Source of the DNA: Octopus vulgaris
Taxonomy: Eukaryota
Direction of reading: 5' to 3'
Length of the DNA: 64,000 nt
Assembly: GCA_951406725.2 (NCBI GenBank)
Contig: OX597817.1
Span: forward strand, 163,184,001-163,248,000
The translations under genes were made by a program, and so were the position numbers. This document shows positions 14,172 to 26,630 of this stretch, in pieces (the stretch's first letter is position 1; each line of letters opens with the position of its first letter). Below the pieces are notes generated by a model, which was not told where the DNA came from, did not search any database, and saw only the letters and a list, made by a program, of their open reading frames with translations.

Positions 14172-14398
14172 ATACTCTTTACTCTTTTACTCTTATAGCT
14201 GTTTCAGTTATTTGACTGTGGCCATGCTGGAGCACTCCCTTTACTCGAGCAAATCGACCCCAGGACTTATTCTTTGTAAGCCTAGAACTTATTCTATCGG
14301 TCACTTTTGCCGAACCGCTAAGTGACGGGGACGTAAACACACCAACATCGGCTGTCAAGCAATGTTGGGGTGGAACAAACACAGACACACAAACACAC

Positions 14399-14440
<42 letters not shown>

Positions 14441-14585
14441 GATTTAAAAATAGGATAAAATCTTTATAAGAATTAATCAAGTAGTTAGCATGAAAAACTT
14501 CATAAGAGAAAAAATCCACCAATTTTTTCACTTAAATATATTTATTTACATTATATAGAGGGCATTACCATACATAAATGCCCTC

Positions 14586-14662
<77 letters not shown>

Positions 14663-14777
14663 TACATATATACATATATATACATATATACGACGGGCTT
14701 CTTTCAGTTTCTGTCTACCAAATTCACTCACAAGGCTTTAGTCGGTCCGGGGCTATAGTAGAAGGCACTTGCCCAAG
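14172..14777 (-). mobile_element. SINE S1 interrupted in its internal (TA)n
   Basis: S1 3' half at 14172-14400 and 5' part at 14690-14777; a foreign insert occupies 14440-14593. Confidence 0.8.
14440..14593 (-). mobile_element. Short fold-back element in (TA)n (Penelope-like end)
   Basis: End motif aattaatcaagtagttagcatgaaaaac is shared with ~597-630 and ~16941-16976; 17-bp perfect inverted arms at 14550-14566 and 14577-14593. Confidence 0.55.
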
Positions 14778-14989
14778 AATTGTATTGAAAAAAAAATTGT
14801 TTAAAATATTTTGTGTATTGTAGAAGTATAGCCAATTTATTGCTGGGTAAATTCTAACGACAAAATCTTATATATGGAAACCCCAAAGAGCTATATTGAC
14901 CCCGGTTGAGAATCACTGCTTTAGATAAATGACAACAATAGCAACAACAACAATGAGGATGGCGACAAATAGATTATGTTGATGTTGAT

Positions 14990-15770
14990 AATGTTAAAGA
15001 TGGAAAAGGAGAAGGATGATGATGATGATGATGATGGGGAGGAGGAGGAGGAGGAGAAGAAGAAGACCGATATAGAAGTCAGAAGAAGAATGCAGGTCGA
15101 GAAAGAGAAGAGTGAAAAGAAGACAGATGAGTGGAGAGAAGTTAGAAGAAAAAGAAGAAGAAGGTGAAGCAGGAAGAAGAAGGAGAAAAGAAGATGAAGT
15201 GAGAAGAAAAAGAAGAGGAAAAATGTGAAGACAGAAGAAGAAAAAAAGGAAGAAGTTGAAGACAGAATAAGAACCAGAAGCGGAAAGAGAAGAGGAAAAT
15301 GTGAAGACAGAAGAAGACAAAGAAGAAGAGGAAAAAGAAGAAGAGGAAGAGAAGAAGAGGAAAAAGAAGATGAAGACAGAAGAAGAAGAAGGCGAAGCCA
15401 GAAGAAAAAAAGACAGAAGAAGAAGAAGAAGAAGAAGAAGAAGAAGAAGAAGAAGACGAAGAAGAAAAAGACAGAAGAAGAAGAGGAAGAAGAAGAAGAA
15501 GGCGAAGCCAGAAGAAGAAAAAGACAGAAAAAAAGGGAGAAGAGGAAAAAGGCGAAGACAGAAGAAAAAAAAGGTGAAGACAGAAGAAAAAGAAGATGAA
15601 GACAGAAAAAGATGAAAAAGAAGAAGAAGGTGAAGAGAGAAGAAGAAAAAGAAGAGGAAAAAGAAGATGAAGATAGAAGACGAAGAGGAAGAAGAAGAGG
15701 AAGAAGAAGAGGAAGATGTAGATGGTGAAGATAGAAGGTTAAGACAGAAGACGAAGAATAAGGAGAATAT
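14990..15770. repeat. GAA-rich low-complexity purine tract
   Basis: Degenerate (GAA)n with recurring gaagacagaagaa units. Confidence 0.9.
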
Positions 15771-16186
15771 GTAGAAGTAGACAGACAGATACGCGAAGAG
15801 CGAATCTAACGGTGAAGTGTAGAATGTAATTGCATGTTGATATACGGCTGTATTAGACTCATTCCATGTTCTACTTCGACATTATATTTTGTAAAAAAAA
15901 AAGATAAGGAATCGCGCGAAACGTCTCCAATTTCATCAAGATCACTGCTAAGCTTTAAATATAAACTCTAATATAAACTTCTGATGTATGAAAGCCGATG
16001 GAATAAGCCAAGAAAAAGATCTGGTTTATTTTATTAACGGTGTATATTACATTTTCATCTCATCAGTTAGTGGTTAGCGATGATAATGTGTTAAAACAAA
16101 TATATGTAAATATATATTCTCTCACTCCCACGAATAACAAAACAAAACAAAAATATTCTATCGCGACTGGTATAATAAATTATATA

Positions 16187-16320
16187 GGCGCAGGCGTGGC
16201 TGCGTGGTAAGAAGCTTGTTTCCCAAACATATGGTTCCGGGTTCAGTCTCATTGCATGTCACCTTGCGTGAGTGTCTTCTACTATAGCCTTGAGAGTGGA
16301 CTTGGTAGGCAGAAACTGAA
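16187..16320 (+). mobile_element. SINE S1 5' fragment
   Basis: Head and B-box-like ggttcagtctc match S1. Confidence 0.75.
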
Positions 16321-16336
16321 TATATAAGAATAGTGA

Positions 16337-16652
16337 GGGCGCGTGGCTTAGTGGTTAGGGCATTCGGCTCATGATCGTAAGGTTGTGAGATCGATTCCCG
16401 GCGACGCGTTGTGTCCTTGAGCAAGACACTTTATTTCACGTTGCTCCAGTCCACTCAGCTGGCAAAAATGAGTTGTACTTGTATTTCAAAGGGTCAGCCT
16501 TGTCACTCTCTGTGTCACGCTGATTATCCCCGAGAACTACGTTAAGGGTACACGTGTCTGTGGAATGCTCAGCCATTTGCACGTTAATTTCACGAGCAAG
16601 CTGTTCCGTTGATCGTATCAGCTGGGACCCTCGTCGTCGTAACCGGCGGAGT
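16337..16652 (+). mobile_element. tRNA-derived SINE family S4 (full length)
   Basis: Head ggcgcgtggcttagtggttagggcattcggctcatgatcgtaagg, domain gtgtccttgagcaagacacttta, TSD-like atataagaata; near-identical copy at 28511. Confidence 0.85.
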
Positions 16653-16728
16653 CTTGTTAAGATATAAGAATAACTGAATATGTAAGAGTCTGGATTGAAT
16701 TGATATATCGGTTCCATTCTAGCAAAAA

Positions 16729-16766
16729 CTGTCTGATGAACGGGAACGAGAAACTCAGAGTTACAG
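16729..16766 (+). ncRNA. Minimal type I hammerhead ribozyme motif
   Basis: CTGT-CTGATGA-acgggaacga-GAAA-ctcagag-TT-ACAG. Stem I extends over 16721-16774, and the element tail runs to (TA)n at 16871. Confidence 0.65.
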
Positions 16767-16899
16767 ATTTTGTTGAATTTTCTGCTGCTTTAAATAAAGC
16801 ATATTACTCTACCTCTGGTATTTGAGTACTCTTTTTTCCACCTTGTTTCACATTTATGTGTTTACTCCGGTATATATATATATATATATATATATTTAT

Positions 16900-17110
16900 A
16901 AATGAGGGTGAAAAATTTGATATTAATTTAATAATACCATCAATTTAACACCAAGTGGCTTAGCACATGAAAAACCAAGGGAAAAATACAAATTTATACA
17001 TAAATATTAGAGAGTGACCACTATGGGATTCACTCTAGTGCTAAAAATAGCACTAGAGTGCTATCTTTTTAGCACTAGAGTGAACCACATAGTGGTCACT
17101 CTCTAATATT

Positions 17111-17115
<5 letters not shown>
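16900..17115 (-). mobile_element. Fold-back element in (TA)n (Penelope-like end)
   Basis: Starts agggtgaaa...atcaatttaacaccaagt like 566-610; ~118-bp imperfect palindrome at 16998-17115. Confidence 0.6.
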
Positions 17116-17174
<59 letters not shown>

Positions 17175-17767
17175 GTGTGTGTTTATGTAAGCATATATTT
17201 TACTATTTCATTTAGGTATGAAGGTGGGCATAATGGTTAGCGGAATTTCGTCGCCGAGTTCGACTTTGCCATTCATCCTTTCGGAGTCGATGAAATAGGT
17301 ACCATATGAGTACTGGGGTCAATGTAATCGACTAGTCCCCTCCCTCAAATTTCAAACCTTGTACCTATAGTAAAGGATTATTTCATTTCGCTACTAATAA
17401 CCTGGGGTTAGAACTCAGTATATATATATGGTTCAGAATAAAGGGTCAGTCGAGTACAGAGTAGTAATAAAAAATTAAAATGAGAAGGAAATAAGAAATT
17501 ATGTCACGAATTTCATTAGCTCACTGATGTTTTTGCTATAAGATGGAATGCACTCTTAGTTGAATGCTTGTGCATCAACCTATAGCTTCATCGGAGCTTT
17601 AAAAATGAAGTACAATTTTATTTGGGGAAGTATTTACATGGTGATAGGTTTGGGAAATTCCACACTGGATCGTTCCCAAAACCATCAATGGCAGCAGAGA
17701 ATACGAGCGGTCTTTCAAGTTCTGTGCACTCAAAGAACGAACGAATGTGCGTGTGAGAGAGTGAGCG

Positions 17768-17831
<64 letters not shown>

Positions 17832-17896
17832 TGTGTGTATTGACACATTCATATTTAAATATATATGTGCGTGTATTTTTATATGTGTATATATAA

Positions 17897-17956
<60 letters not shown>

Positions 17957-18755
17957 GTATGCATGCATGTATGTGTGTGTGTGCGTGTATGTGTGTATAA
18001 ACACTAAGAAATTCCTTTATGTGTGTGTCTCCACACACACACACACACACACACATGAGATGAGGCAAGATTCACATGCTTATTTTAATATGTATATAAG
18101 CCTTAATTTCCGTAGATAATTAAGTATATAAGCCTACGAATTAAGGCTTATATAATTAATTTACGTATGTAAACGAAGCCTTATACACATAGTTAAAAAT
18201 ACAAAATTAATAGATAATTGTATATTATGTGGTTGTATAACCAGAAGTTCAAATTGTTCTGTCAACTCAACTGAAATGATTTAACGAAACTAGTTACTAA
18301 GTATCTAATTAGTTATATACAAAAAAATTATAAGTCTATCCGCTCATCGTTAATTACATCCAGGAGACAATAAGCTTCATTACTGTCAAGCTTTTCTCCT
18401 ACCGTATTGCTACGCTAAAAATATAAAATAAAACTTGTGAGGATAAAATAACAATGATACAAACGGTGAGAGTGAAAGGAAGAGACCAAATCGAGCTTGT
18501 TTCTCAAATGGGGGAAACTTGAGAGAAGAAAATGCGATATTAGCTTGCAAAGAAGCTGATAAGAACAATATTTATGCCTCTGCAAATGCGTATCTGGCAG
18601 CTTTTCGCTTTTGGTATGTCTATCATCTAGTAGCTAGCTGTTGTATACGTTTGTTGTCGGCTAAATAAAGACTCGCGCATGTATTTATCTGAGCGTAGAA
18701 GAAGACGGAAATCAGAAAGGCTTAAATATATATGTGATGTATTTCTGCGCGTGTA

Positions 18756-18831
<76 letters not shown>

Positions 18832-18911
18832 TGCTTATATGCTTGTATGCTTATGGGTTCATTTGAAGAGGGATGAATGAAATATATTGTTGGTAAACGT
18901 ATTTTTAAGCA

Positions 18912-19049
18912 TGTATAATATAAACATATCAGTATATACATTTGTATACCCATCTGCGACAACCAACACGGTATGACCTGTGTATAATATAAACATATCA
19001 GTATATACATTTGTATACCCATCTGTGACAACCAACACGGCATGACCTG
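18912..19049 (+). repeat. 69-bp tandem duplication
   Basis: 18912-18980 and 18981-19049 differ at 2 positions. Confidence 0.9.
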
Positions 19050-19077
19050 TATAAATAGATAACCAACATCATATATA

Positions 19078-19308
19078 CAGGGTTGGCCAAAAGTCATCCG
19101 ACAGTAACTCAAAACCATTTGATTCCAAGAATTGTATATGTTTCACAACCGAATGAAATTAATAAAAAGCATCTAAATATGAAACATGAAAATTGTTCAA
19201 ACTGAACCCCTTCTTGAGCGACACATTTTTGCATTTGAGTCAATACAGAATTACAGATGGTATTTATGGAAGTTTGATTTACTGTCAGGTGACTTCTGGC
19301 CAACCCTG
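19078..19308. mobile_element. Tc1/mariner-type MITE
   Basis: ~30-bp TIRs cagggttggccaaaagtcatccgacagtaa / ttactgtcaggtgacttctggccaaccctg, with TA on both sides. Confidence 0.85.
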
Positions 19309-19427
19309 TACACACACACTCACACACACGCACACAGACACAGACACAGACACACACACACACACACAAACACACAATCATGCATAATTCGTACATGCAT
19401 GTATACATTCACACACACACACCACAC

Positions 19428-19566
19428 ACGCTTGCTTACCAACCACATAGCTCCAGCTTCAGTCCCACTGCGTGGCACCTTGGTCAAGTGTCTTCTATTA
19501 TAACCTCATGCCGACCAAAGCCTTGTGAGTGGATTTGGTAGACGGAAACTAAAAGAAGCTCGTCAT
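19428..19566 (+). mobile_element. SINE S1 5' part
   Basis: Matches S1 from the head to the internal microsatellite. Confidence 0.75.
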
Positions 19567-19570
19567 ATAT

Positions 19571-19673
<103 letters not shown>

Positions 19674-19798
19674 GATTCCGTTTATTCATAGCATTATCAA
19701 TAACCAGTCTTTAGAACTTAGTATACGTTTATCTTACAGTAAGCCATCATGTCTGTAGACAGTACAGAGCTTAACAATAAATGAATGTCAAAAGAACA

Positions 19799-19991
19799 GG
19801 AGTTACGTAATCACTTTCAATAGCTTACTGCTGTTCCTGCTACAAGCATACATGCATCCAGAGTTGAGTGTCTGTGTAACTTATTACAGAGACCTCAGAG
19901 TTATTTGATTATTGTAGCCACTCAGCGCTGGGTGCACGATTACGTTATAGCAGAAACAGTTGTTAGCTATTGAAAGCGCTTTCGTAACTCC
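19799..19991. mobile_element. Old palindromic MITE-like element
   Basis: ~44-bp imperfect TIRs ggagttacgtaatcactttcaatagc... / ...gctattgaaagcgctttcgtaactcc; weaker symmetry continues inward. Confidence 0.6.
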
Positions 19992-20685
19992 TTTAATCCA
20001 TTCTCTTCAAAATTGCTGGCCTTGTGCCTTAATCAGAAACAATTATTTCAGTCGGCCATAAACACGTACAGTGTTAGACAAGCTCCGAAACTCTCTTATT
20101 GCAAAACAAGTCATATGACAGATATTAGATTAATAGCAGTGGTAGAAGGAGAGGGAAATCCCATAGACTGGAACTTAAAAACGGACGAATCTCATGCCAC
20201 AAGCTGGAGAACTTGGCGTGTTGTCAGTTTGAAAATAACGAGGTCATTAACATGATAGATGCAATTTATTCTACCAGGAAGTGGTTATCATAACAATACC
20301 AACGGATCGGTGCACTTAGAATGCACCAAGCCTGCGCTAGGAATATATTAATTTCCGTGTAACATTGCATTTATCGGATGATTGCTCGTCCAGAAGGAAG
20401 TTATGACGACAAAAATGCTGTCAATGTCGTTAAGACTGATTGATAACAAAATACATATGTTTAAATGCATAAAAAAAATGAAATCACCGGCAGATGCAAA
20501 CATATACGTAAATACACACAAAACACCCTCACACACATATACACTTCATGCGTGCGCACGCTCTATAATTACGAGTAACACCAATATGCTATGTGTGTTA
20601 TTTATCACGCAATGAATCCTAACTTTGTGAGTAGTTTATAGTACCAGCAAGAATAAAGATGAAGTATTATTTGTTCGTTAAAAAA

Positions 20686-21480
20686 GTGGTAAGCTGGGTA
20701 AAATGCTTAGTGGCTAAAATGCTTAGCGGTATTTCGTTCGCCGTTACGTTCTGAGTTCAAATTCCGCCGGGTCGACTTTGCCTTTTATCCTTTCGGGGTC
20801 GATAAAATAAGTACCAGTTATGCACTGGGGGGTCAATGTAATCGACTTAATCCTTTTGTCTGTCCTTGTTTGTCTCCTCTGTGTTTAGCCCCTTGTGGGT
20901 AGTAAAAGAAATAGGTATTTCGTTCGCCTTTACGTTCTGAGTACAAATTCCACCGAAGTCGACTTTGCCGTTCATTCCTTCGGGTCGATAAAATAAGTAC
21001 CAGTTGAACACTGGGGTCGATGTAATCGACTTACGCACGATCCCGAAATTATTGCCTTCTGCCAAAAATGTAAAACCAATGTTAGTTCATTAAAGAGAGG
21101 GGGCGAGCTGGTAGACTCGTTAGCACGTCAGACAAAATACTTTACGTTCTAAGTTCAAATTTTGTGGAGCTCAATTTTGCCTTTCATCCTTTCGACCTCG
21201 CACTGAGGTCGAGGTAATCAACTATCTCACTCCTAAAATTTCAAGCCTCGTGCTTATAATAGAAATAATTATTATTGGTATCATTATTATTATTAAGGCA
21301 AAGAGCTTGGCAGAATCGTTAACACATCGGAGAAAGTGCTTAGCGCTATCTATTCCCGCTCTTTACCTTCTGAGCTGCAATCCTGCCATGACCGACTTTT
21401 CCTTTCACCCTTTCCAGGCTCGAAATAATCGATTATCTCCCTCCCACCAAATCTCAGGCCTTGTGCCTATTTTAAAAAGT
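20686..21480 (+). mobile_element. Cluster of SINE S2 copies (one dimer plus two diverged monomers)
   Basis: S2 cores at ~20750, 20935, 21150 and 21370. Confidence 0.75.
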
Positions 21481-21570
21481 TAGTTCGTTCCACATAATAT
21501 ATACAGATAAATTTCCTCTATTTACATAATATTGAGGTCTCTTTCTTTCTTTTGTTATCTTACCGTTTTT

Positions 21571-21633
<63 letters not shown>

Positions 21634-21636
<3 letters not shown>

Positions 21637-21830
21637 GGGAGAGTTCACGAAAAAAAAAAAAAAGACGAAGACAGGTGTTGTACAAAACAAACAGATGTAT
21701 TAGTATAACTCTCAGGAATAGAAAAAGTATTTTACGTTTCGAGCCTACGCTCTTCTACAGAAAGGGACACAGAAAAAAACAAGCAGAGAAACAAGGAGAG
21801 AAAAAATGTGTGTAGTGGCTAACGATCTAT
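21634..21830 (-). mobile_element. Penelope-like end fragment abutting (TA)n with a variant hammerhead
   Basis: Minus strand ttt-ctgtaga-a-gag(cgtagg)ctc-gaaa-cg-ta-aaa at 21730-21763; a related truncated piece lies at ~3688-3775. Confidence 0.4.
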
Positions 21831-22017
21831 CATGGCGACTGACTTCGGGCAGAAGGGTCACACACGAGAGCGAAGTAGGGGAGATATATAAATTAGAGAA
21901 AAACCAATATTATGTAATTCAAACAATGATAGACATAAACCAAATCATATTTATATTGTGAAATTTGATTTAATACTTATTTGATTTTTTTCCCTGTAAG
22001 TTTGGAGTTATACTCCC

Positions 22018-22080
<63 letters not shown>

Positions 22081-22110
22081 TATTGTTATTATTACTATTA
22101 TTATTATTAC

Positions 22111-22143
<33 letters not shown>

Positions 22144-22144
<1 letters not shown>

Positions 22145-22515
22145 TTTTTTTTCTTCTTTCAAATTTGCTTCCATTTCTTGCCGAGTGTCTTCCCGACTCC
22201 TAGGGCAAAGAAACTCATAGTATACATTGGTAGGCAATTAAACCAAACTCAGTAGTTCGTTCATTTAAAAATTTTTTTTTTTTAAGTTAAATTAAAATAC
22301 ATGAGCAGCAACAGTTCTCACATCGACAATGCTCTTCTCAATACGTGTGATGTACCAGTTAAGACAATCTTTTGCACTTCTTGCAGGGATGGTAAGCCGG
22401 GGATCATTCTCATATAATTTTCGGTTCCCTTCTTGATCATTCCTAGTGCTCCTACGATCACTGGTATTGTAACCGCCTTGAGATGCCACCTTTTCTCAAT
22501 TTCAATGAGTAGGTC

Positions 22516-22518
<3 letters not shown>
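22144..22518 (-). mobile_element. Dong/R4 family B, 5'-truncated, in (AAT)n
   Basis: KDLLIEIEKRWHLKAVTIPVIVGALGMIKKGTENYMRMIPGLPSLQEVQKIVLTGTSHVLRRALSM* plus 3' UTR; (TAT)n on both sides. Confidence 0.9.
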
Positions 22519-23173
<655 letters not shown>

Positions 23174-23188
23174 GTATATATATATATA

Positions 23189-23355
23189 TTTATTTTATAG
23201 AAGGAGCTTCTACAGGAAGCTTCCTGATGATTTCTTTTGAATGAAACAGTTCTAGTCCTGTAGAAGCTCCTTCTATGAAATAAATTAATTTTACTCTGCT
23301 ATGTATTGAGTACCTTATTTACTGTGGTTAACCCCGACTCAACCCGGGACCTACA
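23189..23355 (+). mobile_element. Penelope-like end fragment with fold-back, between (TA)n runs
   Basis: 29-bp inverted arms at 23189-23217 and 23256-23284 (1 mismatch); tail tactct...tattgagtac resembles 16806-16830. Confidence 0.6.
23218..23268 (+). ncRNA. Type I hammerhead ribozyme motif
   Basis: AGCTTC-CTGATGA-t(ttc tttt gaa)t-GAAA-CAG ttctagtc CTG-TA-GAAGCT. Confidence 0.65.
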
Positions 23356-23874
23356 TATATATATGCATATTGCTAAGCTACTCAGGTATCGTTTTGCATG
23401 CATTTCAGAAGTCTGATATGTTTAGCTGTAGTAAAGAAATTCTATATCACTATTCATTGCATCTATTTCTTTTTATATCGTAACTCAAACCGATGCTGCA
23501 TCTCTGATGAAGTGCAACTGAACTGAACTGAAAAAAAAAAAAAAGAAAAAAAGAAGCTTGTTGGTATTACAAGTATACTACTACAACATGTAGCGGAACA
23601 AAAAATCTTTTTATTCTTATGCACCAACATAAGTTACCGTATAAAAGTTTACAAATTTGGCTGGCATTTGTCAAGGAAGCTGCTATCGTTCAGTCAACAG
23701 TCTAACAACTGTTTCAACTGCAGACCCAGTGTTTACTAGTAAGATAGAAACTGCCACAAGTATATTTTAAATAAGACATTATCAGTAAACGTGGTATCAA
23801 ACGTTTCTTTAAATAGCGTGTCTAAGATACTGTGCTTGCTACGAACACGTACCCGCCTCAAATATGTATGTGTG

Positions 23875-23922
<48 letters not shown>

Positions 23923-23953
23923 TAATGTTTATTTTTTTATGTCAGGTTATAAA

Positions 23954-24188
23954 TACTCTTTTACTCTTTTACTTGTTTCAGTCATTTTGATTGTGGCCAT
24001 GCAGGAGCACCGCCTTTTTAGTCGAGCAAATCGACCCCAGGACTTATTCTTTGTAAGCCTAGTACTTATTCTATCGTTCACTTTTGCCGAACAGCTAAGT
24101 TACAGAGACGTAAACAATCCAGCATCGGTTGCTAAGCGATGTTGAGGGGGGGGGGGACAAACACAGACACACAAACATATACAAACAC

Positions 24189-24238
<50 letters not shown>

Positions 24239-24436
24239 GACGGGCTTCTTTCAGTTTCCGCCTACCAAATCTACCCACAAGGCTTTGTTCGGCCCGAGGC
24301 TATAGTAGAAGACACTTGCCCTTGGTGTCACGCAGTGGGACTGAACCCGGAACCATGTGGTTGGTAAGCAAGCTACTTACCACACAGCCACTCCTATGCC
24401 TATAGCTACTTACCACACAGCTATTCTTATGCCTAT
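23954..24436 (-). mobile_element. SINE S1 (full length) with tandemly duplicated 33-nt head
   Basis: Reverse complement of S1; 24371-24403 is repeated at 24404-24436. Confidence 0.85.
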
Positions 24437-24467
24437 ATAAAAACGATTTAATATTAAACTGAAGCTA

Positions 24468-24685
24468 AAGCGGTGAACTGCTAGAATCGTTAGCACACCG
24501 GACAAAATGTTTAGCAATATGCATTTCGTCCGTCTTTACGATCTGAGTACAAATTCCGCCGAGGTCGACTTTGCCTTTCATACTCTCGCAGTCGATAAAA
24601 TAAGTACTACTTGAGCACTGAGGTCAATGTGATCGACTCATCTCCTCCCTCGAACGTGCTGGCCTTGTGCAAACATTTGAAACCG
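24468..24685 (+). mobile_element. SINE S2 monomer
   Basis: S2 head, core and 3' ggccttgtgcaaacatttgaaacc. Confidence 0.8.
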
Positions 24686-24841
24686 ATATTAAACGGCAGA
24701 ATTATTCAATACTTTCACAAGAAGTTGAATAACCATGACTACAAAATTTCAGCCTACCACACACACACACACAAACACACGTATGTTGCTATGTGTGTGA
24801 TATCAATATTTTACAGAGAAAGCAATCGAATTCTCCCATAA

Positions 24842-24875
<34 letters not shown>

Positions 24876-25349
24876 CATACATACATAAATACACACACAT
24901 ATATATATATATGTATATATATATGTGAAGAATGGCACTAAGATCTATCATATTACGTACAGTACTAAAAATACATGAATGGCATTCATGACTCATGTCT
25001 TTTGTTTGTATATACGAGTGTATACTGTATCGGTTATGGCATCATAAAGTTTATTTTTCTTGATAAGTTGATTTCTTTATCTGAACAAGTAGATTAGAAT
25101 ATCAAAATATACCAAGATCCAAGGAACGCCTGTCTTTGATAACACTATAAAACAATGAAAATATCATTGTGAAAGTTTTTCCATTCCAAAAGTAAAATCG
25201 TCTTCGAAGATATCCAGTCGTTCAGAATATACATTATCGAGTAGTGCCATAAAATCGGTTGATATAAAGTGATTTTTGAGTTTGAAAGAAAGGACAAAAA
25301 AAAAATCGATGTCAGAAAAATTCATATTATTTAATATATTGGTTTCAAA

Positions 25350-25743
25350 GGCGGCAAGCTGGTAGAAACGTTAGCGCGCAGGGCGAAATGCTTAGCCGTA
25401 TTTCGTCTGCCGTTACGTTCTGAGTTCAAATTCCGCCGAGGTCGACTTTGCCTTTCATCCTTTCAGGGTCGATAAAAAAAGTACCAGTTACGCACCGGGG
25501 TCGATATAATCGACTTAATCCGTTTGTCTGTCCTTGTTTGTCCCCTCTGAGTTTAGCCCCTTGTGTGTAGTAAAGAAATAGGTATTTCGTCTGCCGCTAC
25601 GTTTTGAGTTCAAATTCCGCCGAGGTCGACTGTGCTTTCATCCGTTCAGGGTCAAGAAATTAAGTACCAGTTGCGTACTGGGATCGATCTAATCGACTGG
25701 CCCCCTCCCCCAAAATTTCGGGCATTGTGCCTAGAGTAGAAAA

Positions 25744-25746
<3 letters not shown>
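25350..25746 (+). mobile_element. SINE S2 dimer
   Basis: Head, two cores, 3' end tgtgcctagagtagaaaag. Confidence 0.85.
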
Positions 25747-25779
<33 letters not shown>

Positions 25780-25783
<4 letters not shown>

Positions 25784-25985
25784 TTTGTATGTGCGTGTCT
25801 GCTTATGTTTATACGTACACCGCTCGACAACCCGGGTTGGTTTATTTACGTCCCCTAACTTAGCTGTTCGGCAAAAGAGAAACAGTACAATAAGTGCTGA
25901 AGTAGATTTGATCGACTAAGATAAAAAAGAAAACCTCCGATGTGGTGCCCCAGCATGACCGCAGTCCAATGACTGAAACAAGTAG
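25780..25985 (+). mobile_element. SINE S1 3' half (diverged)
   Basis: Ends cagcatgaccgcagtccaatgactgaaacaagta. Confidence 0.7.
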
Positions 25986-26319
25986 ACAGATCAAAAAAAT
26001 AAAAAGGATATTCTGCATATAGCTTCGATTTTAGGTCCTCGAGTTTAATCTTCGTCAGAAATCCATTGGATGCAAGTTCAAAGCTTTGAGATGATGAGAG
26101 GTCAGACGTAAGATGAAAGGTTTTCTTGTTGACTTTTTAAGTTTTTACAATGATATGAAGTTATTTCATGATTTTTTTTTTCATGTCATAATTATTACAT
26201 GACATCTTGTCTTTGAAATAGTTTTCAGAAATAGATCTTGGGGAAAAAAATCATGTTTCTAACATTAATGAGCTTGTTACAGCTTAGCAACATGATTTTA
26301 CTAATAAGGTGAATGTGTG

Positions 26320-26630
26320 GAGCTGGCAGAAACGCTAGGAAAATGCTTAGCGGCATTTCGTCTGTCTTTATGTTCTGAATTCAAATTCCGCCGAGGTCGA
26401 TTTGGGCTTTCATCCTTTTGGGTTCGATAAATTAAGTACCAGTTACGCACTGGAGTCAATTCAATCGACTTAATCCCTTTGTCTGTCCTTGTTTGTCCTC
26501 TCTGTGTTTAACCCCTTGTGGGTAGTAAAAAAAAAAAAGATAAAATAAGTACTACTTGAGCACTGGAGTCGATGTAATCGATTTGCCCGTTTCCCCGAAA
26601 CTGCTGGCCTTGTGCCAAAATTTGAAATCA
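26320..26630 (+). mobile_element. SINE S2
   Basis: S2 core and tail; weaker relics continue to ~26870. Confidence 0.8.

Noticed and set aside
14976-15615. Lys/Glu/Arg-rich ORFs
   Set aside because: Open in several frames because the DNA is a GAA purine tract; no splice or domain evidence.
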